Shown here: positions 1-8,681 of the stretch, in pieces
Layout: every line of letters starts with the position of its first letter
Numbering within the stretch: position 1 is the stretch's first letter
Assembly: GCA_013375475.1 (NCBI GenBank)
Contig: JABXKD010000023.1
Location: 1-45,954, forward strand
Reading direction: 5' to 3'
Source of the DNA: Promethearchaeota archaeon
GTDB taxonomy: Archaea > Asgardarchaeota > Lokiarchaeia > Sigyniarchaeales > SOKP01
DNA: 45,954 nt
Notes under the pieces: generated by a model
What the model was told of the DNA's origin: nothing
The model's database searches: none
What the model saw: the letters and a program-made list of their open reading frames with translations, nothing else
Program-made: the position numbers and the translations under genes

Positions 1-336
1 AATAATTTGTGCCATTTTACATTTTCATCTTAAGAATCATTGATATATTCACTAAGAATTTATCAAATTTAAACATTTATAGGTAAGAAGAAGACAATTA
101 AAGTCATTTGAGAGTATGTAGAAAACGACAATTCATTACATTCCGAGTGTGTGGCATTCGAAAGAGGAGCTCGAGGTTCAGGCTTAGAGTGAGTATATTT
201 CGAATTAGCTTTGAATCTTTTTAAGTTTTGTCCCAATTTTCTGTGCAATTTGGATGGAAAGGTAAATTCAGTGTCTGATTTCCATGAAAATTTCCTTGAA
301 AAAATTAAAAAAGAGAGTTAGATTTCAATAAATTCT

Positions 337-1446
337 TCAAAACCAAGTTTTGGTTCTTCCGGTTTTATATTTATAAATGATTATTGTTGATAAGACAGCA
401 ATAATTGTGAATAGTATGAGAAGTGGATAACTTGGTATTATAGTTATAGGATCATCTATAAAGAGCGATGATATGCGAATTTCTTTAAAATATATCCCAT
501 TTTCCTCTATTACATTTTCCCCTCCCGGATGGACGCTAGCAAGTTCTTCTCCAAGATTAAAAGTAAAACTTTGATTAAAATTGTGGTTAAAGAAAAGATG
601 ACAATTCAGATTGACGGGATCAAATATATTACTATATTTTGTTGCATAATCACCTTCCATATGTACAGCATCTAAAACTTCTCTACAAGCATCAACTGTA
701 AGATTTTCCTCACTTGTTATGTCTTCAAGCATATTACATGCTGTGGTATAACGAATACATGGATAATCACCATTGTCATAATTTGCGAGGTTAAAATTAG
801 TAGACACTAAGTAATGAGAGCTAACTTTCCGTGTAAAATTAAATTCTCCCTCTGGACCAACGCTTACTACCACTGCGTCCCCTGAAGCGTCTGCTGCATG
901 AACTTGACAGCCCCAAGAATCACCTAAATAATGAGAAAGGAACCAATCAATAACCTCACTTACATTCTTACATTCCATCAGAATCTGCGCTGCCAAACTC
1001 ATATATTTCGGTTCTAGCTCAGGATGAGGATTCAAGTATACTGTCGGCAGTCCATTTCCATCTAAACATAACCCTTGATCATTCATCCCTCCCTGTATAT
1101 GTCCATCAGCAGGATCATTATTATATTTAAATCCAAAACCAACACCTCCATAAGTAGTTAAATGTCCATATGGAGTAGTAATTTCTTGAGAAGGTGCGAG
1201 CCACATATATGTTCCTGTTAAACGATAATCCTCATTATTACCAAAAAAAACCTTATTACTATAATTTACCGAAAATATGGTACAAGAATTAGGAACAATT
1301 GTATTCTGAGGAATATACGACTGTTTTACACATGTTGTGAAAGGTAGATTAGGTGTGATCAAGTATAGTAGAAATATCAGAGTAATACTTACAGGTAATA
1401 TTCTTAAGTAGTTAAGACTTTTTGATTCAAATACTTGTACTTTCAT
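337..1446 (-). CDS. Membrane-anchored N-terminal nucleophile (Ntn) cysteine hydrolase (choloylglycine hydrolase/C45-like) with Loki-CTERM-like C-terminal anchor
   Basis: N-terminal hydrophobic segment, then 'NS|CTIFSV...GNNED' (Cys nucleophile), 'GMNDQGL', 'STNF', 'RY'; C-terminus IPSY + TM helix + basic tail. Confidence 0.75.
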   Translation of the reverse strand: MKVQVFESKSLNYLRILPVSITLIFLLYLITPNLPFTTCVKQSYIPQNTIVPNSCTIFSVNYSNKVFFGNNEDYRLTGTYMWLAPSQEITTPYGHLTTYGGVGFGFKYNNDPADGHIQGGMNDQGLCLDGNGLPTVYLNPHPELEPKYMSLAAQILMECKNVSEVIDWFLSHYLGDSWGCQVHAADASGDAVVVSVGPEGEFNFTRKVSSHYLVSTNFNLANYDNGDYPCIRYTTACNMLEDITSEENLTVDACREVLDAVHMEGDYATKYSNIFDPVNLNCHLFFNHNFNQSFTFNLGEELASVHPGGENVIEENGIYFKEIRISSLFIDDPITIIPSYPLLILFTIIAVLSTIIIYKYKTGRTKTWF

Positions 1447-1638
1447 AGTCTAAAAATTCTAACAATAGTATAAAAAATTTATATAGCCCATTTTTTAATC
1501 TCTTTTTGAAAATGAAATATCAAAATAATGCAATTTACTTATTCGAAAATTTATGATTTGAAGGAGTTTTTGGCTATCTATTCCATTTGAAGTGAATTTA
1601 TGGAATTGGTTCCCTTTCATTAGTTGATTATGAAAATT

Positions 1639-1706
1639 GACGCCGTTGAGCAACGGAATTCTCAACAAGCCCCCACATATGTGTTTTAGCTTATTTCATT
1701 GACGTC
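1639..1706 (-). promoter_or_regulatory. SECIS element (eukaryote-like, type II-like) in 3'UTR of selD copy 1
   Basis: Minus strand: GACG-UCA-AUGAA-AUAAGCU-AAAA-CAC(AUAU)GUG-GG-GGCUUGU-UGAG-AAUU-CCGUU(GCUC)AACGG-CGUC; AUGA/GA core, unpaired AAA, apical mini-stem; starts 1 nt after the stop codon. Confidence 0.9.
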
Positions 1707-1707
1707 T

Positions 1708-2739
1708 TTATACTTTATCTATTTCAATATGATTAACTTCTTTCGATATCCTAACAAGTTCAGATTCTTTGTTATCTATAGTCCCTACAATCCAATTAGA
1801 TACGCCTTGAGTGGATAAAGCGTTAGAGAAATCGGCTACATTGCTCGGATCGAGAGCTAAAAGCATACCCCCGGCCGTTTCAGAACATAAGCAATCGTTA
1901 AAAGCATATCCATATTCCTCGGAAAGTTTCTTCGAGAGCTTAATTGAAGGAACCGTTTCAATGATCGCAGACAATCCAGAATTTTGTAGCATTTCTTTCA
2001 AGTGACCAGATAATCCGAAGCCAGTAACATCAGTCATAGCGTGAATAAAAGAGAAATCATCATAGGTGTAAATTGTTTTTACAACCCCTTGATTGGATGT
2101 AGTCATAAGGTTTATGGCTAAATTAATTGAATTATTAAGTTCACTCGATGAAAATTCTTCCAACATCTCAGGAGAATCTTTCTGTAACCTATAAGCTGCC
2201 ATAATTGCTTGTAATCCGATAGGTTTTGTTAGGATTAATTTATCTCCTTTTTTCACCCCGTATTTTCGGATTAAGTTGTTTTTATTTACAAAACCAGACG
2301 CTTCTCCACCAATAAGAGGCCATTCGCTATAAATTGTATGGCCTCCTACTATCTTAGAATTTATTTTTTGTTCCATGAACTTGTTAATTCCTCTGAGAAT
2401 TCCTTCTGCGATATGCATTGGAGTGTTTTTATTGATAGCTAAGAACACAAGCATTCCTGAAACTTCCGGAACATTCATCGCAAAGATGTCATTTGTAACA
2501 TTACATGCGGCGATTTCACCCATTGTTTCTGGTTCGTCGATGATTGGTGTAAAGATGTCTATACTTTTCACTTGAACCATGTCAGAATTTGGGACGGGAA
2601 CAATAGCAGCATCTTCGATAAATCCTTTTAAACCAGTTTTCTCCAGTAATTCTTCTAATTGATTTGCACCAAGTTTACATGATCAACCATAGATTTTAAC
2701 TTGCTTTGTCAATCGATAATCCTTTTTTTCTTCTGTCAT
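1708..2739 (-). CDS. selD: Selenophosphate synthetase, selenocysteine-containing (343 aa; Sec at codon 19, TGA at 2683-2685)
   Basis: Frame extends upstream of track ORF: MTEEKKDYRLTKQVKIYG-U-SCKLGANQLEELLEKTGLKGFIEDAAIVPVPNSD-MVQ...; SelD motifs DIFTPIID, NVTND, GGHT, TDVTGFGLSGHL, ETAGGML; GAGGTGA before ATG; downstream SECIS. Confidence 0.95.
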
Positions 2740-3133
2740 TCACCTCACGTTATTTGAGATAATTGTTTTTATTTAATTCTACTATGATTGTGGTATGGAT
2801 TAAAGTTTATTTAATTTTTCGATTATATTTATTATTTTTTTCGATAAGTAATAATACTAACGACTTTAGTTTGAATTATAATATACTTGTGCTATATCCC
2901 TTTATTAATATGATTTGATTTTGAGTTTAACTAAGAAAATCTTACTCAATCTAGTTTTATGTTTAATTTCCGGTTAAAACAGAAAAAAATAGAAGATTTC
3001 CAAAATCAAAAAAAAAACTCTTTAGGAGTAACAAATACCTTCATGAATTGGTACTTAAAAGAGTGGAAACGAAAAAATTTGCATAAAACAAAAAATACAA
3101 AATAATATTATAGAAAAATAAGGTTTAATTTTT

Positions 3134-3204
3134 CGATGCCGTCGTGCAACGGAGCTTTCAATAGGCATTCACTTACAGCGTTTAAGCCTATATCATTAAC
3201 ATCG
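3134..3204 (-). promoter_or_regulatory. SECIS element (eukaryote-like) in 3'UTR of selD copy 2
   Basis: Minus strand: CGAUG-UUA-AUGAU-AUAGGC-UUAAA-CGCU(GUA)AGUG-AAU-GCCUAU-UGAA-AGCU-CCGUU(GCAC)GACGG-CAUCG; same architecture as 1639-1706 with pairing-preserving changes. Confidence 0.9.
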
Positions 3205-4242
3205 TTATAATTCGGTTATTTCAACATATTCAACATCTTTTGAGACGCGAACATGTTTAGGTTTATTTATATTATCGATTTCTCCTATTATCCAATTAGA
3301 AAGGTGAAACTCTTTATCGAGTCGTTCTGAGAATTCTTCAGCATTCTCGTGATCCACAGAAAGTAACATTCCACCCGCAGTTTCAGGCATTTCTAATTCG
3401 TCAAATTTGTATCCAAATTCATACGCTAATTCCTTAGTAAGTTTAAATATCGGAACTTTCTTGATAAAAGCGGATAAGTTTGAGTTTTGAAGCATCTCTT
3501 TCAAATGCCCTGAAAGTCCAAATCCAGAAACATCTGTCATTGAGTGCACAAAAGACATATCTTCATAAGAATGGATTGCTTTTACAACGCTTTGAAGCGG
3601 TATGGTCATATACTTGACAGCTAAATCTATTGAATCATCAATTTCTTCTTTAGAAAAAGCCTTTAATAGATCAGGGTTATTTTTCTGTAATCGATAAGCT
3701 GCCATAATTGCTTGATTTCCAACGGGTTTGGTTAGTATTAATGTATCCCCCTCTTTTACGTAATTCTTTTTAATTACTTTATCTTTGTGGACAAATCCAG
3801 ATGCTTCTCCCCCAATAAGGGGCCATTCTGAGTAGATAGTGTGACCACCGAGTACTTTTGAATTAATTTTATTCTCGATAAAATTTCTTATACCTACTAA
3901 TATTCCTTCTGCGATGTGCATAGGCATATTTTTTTTCATTCCGAGAAAAACAAGCATCCCTGAGATTTCTGGGACATTTAATGCGAAAACATCATTAGTT
4001 ACGTTAGCTGCGGCTATTTCACCCGTTATTTCTAGCTCGTCGATAATTGGTGTAAAGATGTCAATATTTTTTACCATCACTAAGTCTGTGTTTGGAACCG
4101 GTATTATCGCAGAATCTTCAATATCCCCCTTCAATCCCGCATTAGCCAAGAGTGTGTTTAATTTCTTGGAATCGAGTTTACAGTTTCATCCGAATAATTT
4201 CGTTTGGAGCGTTAATCGATAACTCTCTTCTTCTTGTAACAT
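3205..4242 (-). CDS. selD: Selenophosphate synthetase paralog, selenocysteine-containing (345 aa; Sec at codon 19, TGA at 4186-4188)
   Basis: Upstream extension MLQEEESYRLTLQTKLFG-U-NCKLDSKKLNTL-LANAGLKGDIEDSA...; SelD motifs as in copy 1; GAGGTGA before ATG; downstream SECIS. Confidence 0.95.
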
Positions 4243-4454
4243 TCACCTCACGTATTTTATCTATCTTTAATACCTTATTTGGTTGTAAATTTAAAGATTC
4301 AAAAGTTATATTAATAATTTTCGTAATAATTTATTTATTTATTTATCTTTTCGATAAATATATAGAACTTATTATCAAATTTGATAAATAAAATATTAGT
4401 GTAAAAGAAGATCAATCTTTTAGTTTGTTGTATTTTAGCTGGAATCCTATACTG

Positions 4455-7364
4455 CTAAGGCAATAACAAATCAATCTTCTTTGTTATTTTATGAGCGAGG
4501 TCAAAAGGATCCTTATAATAAATATCAAGATTGACTTCGTCAACTGAAGGATCAGCTAAGTTTTTTTCAATTTTATGCTTTAATTTTAAGACATAATTAA
4601 ATTTAAACACATTTCCGGGTTTTAGTTCGTTTAAATAGAGATATTTGGGGAAACTTTCTTCACGAATAAAACTAAGGTACTCAGGTGTTTTAAGCGAGAT
4701 CTGTAAATCTGAAAATAGTAGATTTGTTGGATTATTAAGTTTAAAGTTAAAAGATATTTTATTTCCAAGAGTTTTTATGTTTTTGAAAAATAGGATTTCT
4801 CTCGGCTCAATAATATCTTCTCTTCTTGGTGAAAATAGCTCATCTTTTATTATTCGAGCATTGAGTTTATTTTTATTTACAAATTTAACAACCTTTTCTT
4901 TTAAAATATTAATGTCCATGTCGATATATGAAGCGAGATTTTCTAAGTTAATAGGATTTATGACGTCAAGATAATAATTGATTTGACTCAGAACAAGCTC
5001 GTCGTTGCTTTTCTCGGTGAAGGTTTTTAATTTGTTTATTAACATATTTTTCGCTAAAATAAACTTTTTTACTGATGGTCTCGCAAAAAGATTAAACACG
5101 TTATTATCTTCGGATATTTTGCCTACTAGGTTGTCAATTTGATTTTCATATTCTTCAATGTAATTTTGAATTTGATTAGTAGTCATCTCTATAAGCTTTC
5201 TGGCATCTGAGAATTCGCCTTTCTTTAGAAGTGTCTCTAATTTTGCTTTTATATTATCAAAATTATCGTTAAATTTTTTGAGACCTTCTATTCCTTGTGT
5301 TATAATTGATTGAATATGACCTTGAAATAATACTGAAGAAAGTAAGTTTAATTTCTGAGTATCATCAGTACCATTAGAGCGTTGGAGTTCATCTACTAGT
5401 ATATCTTTTATGGATTTTATTTTCCTGTCTAAATCGCTTAGAAATTCTTGAAGTTCAATTTTAAAACCAACCCATTTACTTAGAAGAGTTTTAAAAATCT
5501 CGTTAAATTCTACATTTTTTACCAATATATCACGAATATCGTCATCTAGTTTAAACATATAATTTCGGAGCTGCGTAATTTGGGTGAATTTCTCCTCAAT
5601 TTCTTCACTTTCAGTCTTTTCTATTACTAAATCATCTAAATGACTAAGAAAGTTATAATCCTGTATATCTTCGTATTGAGCTAACAAGATACTAATGCGA
5701 TCTTCTAAAAGTTTAATTTTTGATTTTAAATTTATGGTGAATTCTTCCTTTTTCTCTTCAAACACTTCGGAAATGAAAGCTTTAATAATGCTGAGTTCGT
5801 CCATTATCGTGACTTTAGTTTCTTCCCAATCCTCAATAAGGTTAAAAGCTAACCTTTTGTATTCGAATTTATTTAATCTTTTATTAAATTTCTTTATTTT
5901 ATTTAGGATTTTACGATATATCTTATCTAGCTCTATTTCAGTTTGGTGAAATTTGAATTCTTTTATGAATTTAGACATTTTTTCCCGAAATTGAGCGGGT
6001 ATTTTTTGAAACTCCTGAATTTTTTTATGAAATATATCAAGATCTTCGTTGACTTCTTGAATTATTTCATCAATTTCTTGAAAGTTCGCTTTAATATTCT
6101 TTATTGTATAAAGAATTTCCTCAATGACATCTGGATCATTTTCAATTTTCAAATTTTTCTCCAATTCAATAAAAATCCAGACTGCAACTTTTTGACTCTC
6201 TAATATAAAACAGATATTTCGGAGTAGGATAATTGTTTTTTTTCGTTCCCGCCAATATTTTGATTCTAGAATATATAAAATCTTTGTGATCTCATTTTCA
6301 ATTTCTACTTGATACTCCTCGTAAAGGCGCTTGAAAACGAGTGCGACTCCACCTCTGACATTTTCTGATGGATTTTCAAATTCTTCAAAAATATAGTTGA
6401 AAATTTCAATAATATTACTCTGACATAGATGGTAGAGAGCGTTAATAACTGTATTTCGAAATTCAGAATCACCAGTATAGAGAGCAGTAATTAAGTTGGC
6501 CCAAATTTGATCAAAATTATTCTCTGCTATAGTTACGAGTGAATCAATAACGCGGAGTTGGATTCGATAATTATTCTCTTTTAGGAGATTTATCAACTTT
6601 GGAATAATTGGGATTATTTCAGAAGACTTTTCTTTTCCAATTTCTCCGAATAACCAAATTATTAACTCCTTAACCCGGGATTCTTCGTTGTAAAGAAGAT
6701 TTAATAGGACATAAGTTATTTTTTCTTTAGATAAAAAGTAAGTCCCAAGAATTTTTAGCAGCTCTGCTGCCGATCTTGCAACATCGTCATCTTCATCTCT
6801 TAAGTTGACGATTATGATCGATAATAATGGTTCATACTCGCGGATCTTCGTAAAATCTTGATTCAAGATTTTTTTAAGCGTTTTAATTACTTGAAGCTTA
6901 ACTTTCCAGTCGTTATCCATTAATTTCTCAGTAAACTCTTCAATAATGTTTTGTAATTCCTCTCTATCGATGTGTAAAGAGAGAATTAAATTTCCCATAA
7001 TCTTAACTGCTAAACGTCTAATAGAAGATTCTTGATCAAATAATCGTAATCTAATCTCCTGTATTAGATCAATTAGTAAATTCGGACGATACATAGTTAT
7101 TTGGTAAAGAATTTCTAATGACACTAGTCTAACCCAAGAATTAAGATCGTTTATCGTGTTAGCTAAGTTTTTAACTGTTCTTAATGAAATTGCGGGAGAT
7201 TTATCACAGATTTTATTCAACAACATTAAACTGTCATAAATTAATTCTTTATCGGAATTGGCAGGGTTTTCAATAATTTCAAAAAGTTCACCAGCTGCTT
7301 TTTCGTAGCTACCACTTAAAATCAAATCCTCAACTTTTTTTATATCTAGGTTTATACTAGTCAA
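4455..7364 (-). CDS. Large HEAT-repeat protein with central coiled coil, PCI/winged-helix-like segment and C-terminal Ig-like beta-sandwich
   Basis: HEAT repeats (D..SWVRLVSL, DQESSIRRLA, DNDWKVKLQV, DEDDDVARSAA, ENPSENVRGGVA); long helical middle; 'INLENLASYIDMDINILKEKVVKFVNKNKLNARII'; beta-rich C-terminus; TTG start. Confidence 0.7.
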   Translation of the reverse strand: MTSINLDIKKVEDLILSGSYEKAAGELFEIIENPANSDKELIYDSLMLLNKICDKSPAISLRTVKNLANTINDLNSWVRLVSLEILYQITMYRPNLLIDLIQEIRLRLFDQESSIRRLAVKIMGNLILSLHIDREELQNIIEEFTEKLMDNDWKVKLQVIKTLKKILNQDFTKIREYEPLLSIIIVNLRDEDDDVARSAAELLKILGTYFLSKEKITYVLLNLLYNEESRVKELIIWLFGEIGKEKSSEIIPIIPKLINLLKENNYRIQLRVIDSLVTIAENNFDQIWANLITALYTGDSEFRNTVINALYHLCQSNIIEIFNYIFEEFENPSENVRGGVALVFKRLYEEYQVEIENEITKILYILESKYWRERKKTIILLRNICFILESQKVAVWIFIELEKNLKIENDPDVIEEILYTIKNIKANFQEIDEIIQEVNEDLDIFHKKIQEFQKIPAQFREKMSKFIKEFKFHQTEIELDKIYRKILNKIKKFNKRLNKFEYKRLAFNLIEDWEETKVTIMDELSIIKAFISEVFEEKKEEFTINLKSKIKLLEDRISILLAQYEDIQDYNFLSHLDDLVIEKTESEEIEEKFTQITQLRNYMFKLDDDIRDILVKNVEFNEIFKTLLSKWVGFKIELQEFLSDLDRKIKSIKDILVDELQRSNGTDDTQKLNLLSSVLFQGHIQSIITQGIEGLKKFNDNFDNIKAKLETLLKKGEFSDARKLIEMTTNQIQNYIEEYENQIDNLVGKISEDNNVFNLFARPSVKKFILAKNMLINKLKTFTEKSNDELVLSQINYYLDVINPINLENLASYIDMDINILKEKVVKFVNKNKLNARIIKDELFSPRREDIIEPREILFFKNIKTLGNKISFNFKLNNPTNLLFSDLQISLKTPEYLSFIREESFPKYLYLNELKPGNVFKFNYVLKLKHKIEKNLADPSVDEVNLDIYYKDPFDLAHKITKKIDLLLP

Positions 7365-7523
7365 GAGTCTACAATATTGTAATTCAATTATTAATCCAAT
7401 TATCTTTTTGTTGTTGATGTTTAAAAATGTTTTTCACTATTAACATAAATTCTGTTATTTTAAAATTAATGAGAAGAAAAACAAAAAAAATGAGGTTAAT
7501 TAATTACAAATTTAGAGAGGAAT

Positions 7524-8072
7524 TCAATTATATAGCTCGATTATTGCAGTTCCGGGTGTAGAAACTCTCTCCCGATAGGTGAGATTTCCCTCTGGAACTT
7601 CCTTTGTTTTAACTAAACCCCTTTCAATGTCTTTTTCAGATATATAACCTCTTTCACCTGCCTCGAATTGCTTTACAATATTGCCTTTATTATCTTTAAT
7701 GTCTACTTTTGTGATAGTTCGTTGTTCAACATCAAAAAAAACTCTTTTTCCTTCGATCCTATTAACTATTGCTTCTGTAATGATTAGATCTCCACATCTT
7801 ACCATCCCCCGCATTTCTATGTTAACCTCTATTAATTTACCTGATTTTCCATGGTCTAAGTGATCTTCAAATAATTTAGTGATTAAGCCGGTTGAGAATA
7901 ATCCGTGTGCTATTATTCCTTTTAGTCCTGCTCGTTCAGCTACAGCATCATTAGTATGAATTGGATTAGTGTCGCCCGAGCTTTTTGCGTATTCTCTCAG
8001 TAATTCTCGAGTAACGCCCTCAAATTGATCTTTTACGACATAACCGATCTTATAATCAGAAGTTTTTGCCAT
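7524..8072 (-). CDS. MaoC-like (hot-dog fold) R-specific enoyl-CoA hydratase/dehydratase, catalytic subunit
   Basis: 'YAKSSGDTNPIH...IAHG' hydratase-2 motif; ATG at 8072 preferred (preceded by GGAGG, no overlap with upstream gene). Confidence 0.85.
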   Translation of the reverse strand: MAKTSDYKIGYVVKDQFEGVTRELLREYAKSSGDTNPIHTNDAVAERAGLKGIIAHGLFSTGLITKLFEDHLDHGKSGKLIEVNIEMRGMVRCGDLIITEAIVNRIEGKRVFFDVEQRTITKVDIKDNKGNIVKQFEAGERGYISEKDIERGLVKTKEVPEGNLTYRERVSTPGTAIIELYN

Positions 8073-8073
8073 T

Positions 8074-8574
8074 TTAATACCCTCCTTTTCTAACACCCGC
8101 AGTTATAACCACTCTACAAACGGGTTCTTCATTTTGATTTTTTACATTTACTAAGAATTTATAAAATAACATCATATTTGTCTCATTTAGCCATACATCT
8201 TCACATGAACCAGTAATAAATAATTTATCACCAGGTTTGACGTCAACGCACCCTTCCCAATTATAGATGTTCCCAGTATGTAATAATTTTCCCGGATCGA
8301 GCATTATTGCTCTCGGTTCACCATCTTGGTCTACTTGAAATCCTATGAGTAATTTGTAGACGGCTTTGATCGTGAAATGGTTGGCAAATGCATGGCAAGC
8401 CACTACGCCATCTTCTTCAGAACCTATATATTTTGGGTCTGTTATTCCATATACTTTAGCAAAACTCACTAAAGATTTATATCTAATAGTTACTTTAACA
8501 GTTCCGGGAATCTCTACTCCTTTAACATTTTTTATCAAAAATTCAGCATTACTTTTCATCTCTTCAATGTCCAT
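8074..8574 (-). CDS. MaoC N-terminal-like hot-dog fold protein (probable partner subunit)
   Basis: 'FAKVYGITDPKY', 'LLHTG..Y', 'VKPGD', 'NQNEEPV'; adjacent to MaoC gene. Confidence 0.7.
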   Translation of the reverse strand: MDIEEMKSNAEFLIKNVKGVEIPGTVKVTIRYKSLVSFAKVYGITDPKYIGSEEDGVVACHAFANHFTIKAVYKLLIGFQVDQDGEPRAIMLDPGKLLHTGNIYNWEGCVDVKPGDKLFITGSCEDVWLNETNMMLFYKFLVNVKNQNEEPVCRVVITAGVRKGGY

Positions 8575-8681
8575 AATAATTTCACTTTACTTTTTAAAAT
8601 TAAAAATATTCGTTATATGCTTTTTAACTTTGTTTAAATTAATCTACTATTTGAGGTTATTCATAGAGGTGGAAATATTTT

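Noticed and set aside
82-320. Plus-strand frame with two in-frame TGAs (…KVI*EYVENDNSLHSECVAFERGARGSGLE*VYFEL…) as a possible selenoprotein or pseudogene
   Set aside because: No start codon, no recognisable family, no SECIS-like element downstream.
1708-4242. selD copies as pseudogenes with premature stops, or as an assembly duplication
   Set aside because: The TGA aligns with the catalytic Cys/Sec in both copies, both have a SECIS, and the sequences are substantially diverged.
4152-4391. 79-aa plus-strand ORF
   Set aside because: Overlaps the true 5' end and AT-rich promoter of selD copy 2; low-complexity translation.
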